From: Bilabrum cf. latius
Lineage: Eukaryota
Reading direction: 5' to 3'
DNA length: 64,000 nucleotides
Assembly: GCA_965178125.1 (NCBI GenBank)
Contig: OZ237751.1
Span: 310,001-374,000 of the forward strand
Part shown: in pieces, positions 63,368-64,000 of the stretch
How positions within the stretch are numbered: position 1 is the first letter of the stretch
Layout of the letters: each line of letters starts with the position of its first letter
The notes under the pieces: generated by a model
What the model saw: only the letters and a program-made list of their open reading frames with translations
Told to the model about the DNA's origin: nothing
Databases searched by the model: none
Made by a program: the position numbers and the translations under genes

Positions 63368-64000
63368 TGCCCCATCCAGTCCATCCACCACGCCCCCCTC
63401 ACCCTGCCCTGCCGGCCTCACTGGCCCCATCCAGTCCATCCACCACGCCCCCCTCACCCTGCCCTGCCGGCCTCTCACTGGCCCCATCCAGTCCATCCAC
63501 CACGCCCCCCTCACCCTGCCCTGCCGGCCTCACTGGCCCCATCCAGTCCATCCACCACGCCCCCCTCACCCTGCCCTGCCGGCCTCACTGGTCCCATCCA
63601 GTACATCCGCCACGCCCCCCTCACCCTGCCCTGCCGGCCTCTCACTGGCCCCATCCAGTCCATCCACCACGCCCCCCCCACCCTGCCCTGCCGGCCTCTC
63701 ACTGGCCCCATCCAGTCCATCCACCACGCCCCCCTCACCCTGCCCTGCCGGCCTCTCACTGGCCCCATCCAGTCCATCCACCACGCCCCCCTCACCCTGC
63801 CCTGCCGGCCTCACTGGTCCCATCCAGTCCATCCACCACGCCCCCCTCACCCTGCCCTGCCGGCCTCACTGGTCCCATCCAGTCCATCCGCCACGCCCCC
63901 CTCACCCTGCCCTGCCGGCCTCTCACTGGCCCCATCCAGTCCATCCACCACGCCCCCCCCACCCTGCCCTGCCGGCCTCACTGGCCCCATCCAGTCCATC
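63368..64000. repeat. 55/57-bp tandem minisatellite, C-rich on the plus strand, about 11 copies, runs off the window
   Basis: Unit cactggccccatccagtccatccaccacgcccccctcaccctgccctgccggcct(ct). Confidence 0.97.

Noticed and set aside
63275-63850. Repetitive ORFs (MRGAWWMDWMGPV...)
   Set aside because: Translations of a 55/57-bp minisatellite that does not preserve frame.
1-64000. tRNA (including a CUA suppressor) or rRNA genes
   Set aside because: No cloverleaf or rRNA signature recognised by eye in the intergenic regions; tRNAscan-SE would be needed to exclude them.

Overview
GC-rich, gene-dense, intron-poor eukaryotic nuclear DNA from a flagellated protist. The axonemal dynein, IGPS-PRAI fusion and Ala/Gly/Ser-rich insertions suggest a heterotrophic stramenopile, but that is inference. 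The main result is a non-standard nuclear genetic code: TAG is a sense codon, almost certainly Gln, while TAA and TGA remain stops. The supplied ORF track fragments most genes at TAG. Reading TAG as Gln joins the fragments in one frame each: a ~3,760-aa coiled-coil protein (3614-14896), two tandem C2H2 zinc-finger paralogs, a ~7,650-aa axonemal dynein heavy chain with N-terminal HU-CCDC81-like domains (19646-42696), a SMYD-type SET protein, a FAM136A-like protein, calpain-7, condensin CAP-G and a QRT3-like beta-helix protein. Also present are trpCF, a surface protein resembling a permuted solute-binding protein, a ~140-bp dispersed structured repeat that looks like a non-LTR retroelement 3' end (two copies), and two satellites (88 bp and 55/57 bp) at the right end. 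All assignments come from manual reading and motif recall; no searches were run.
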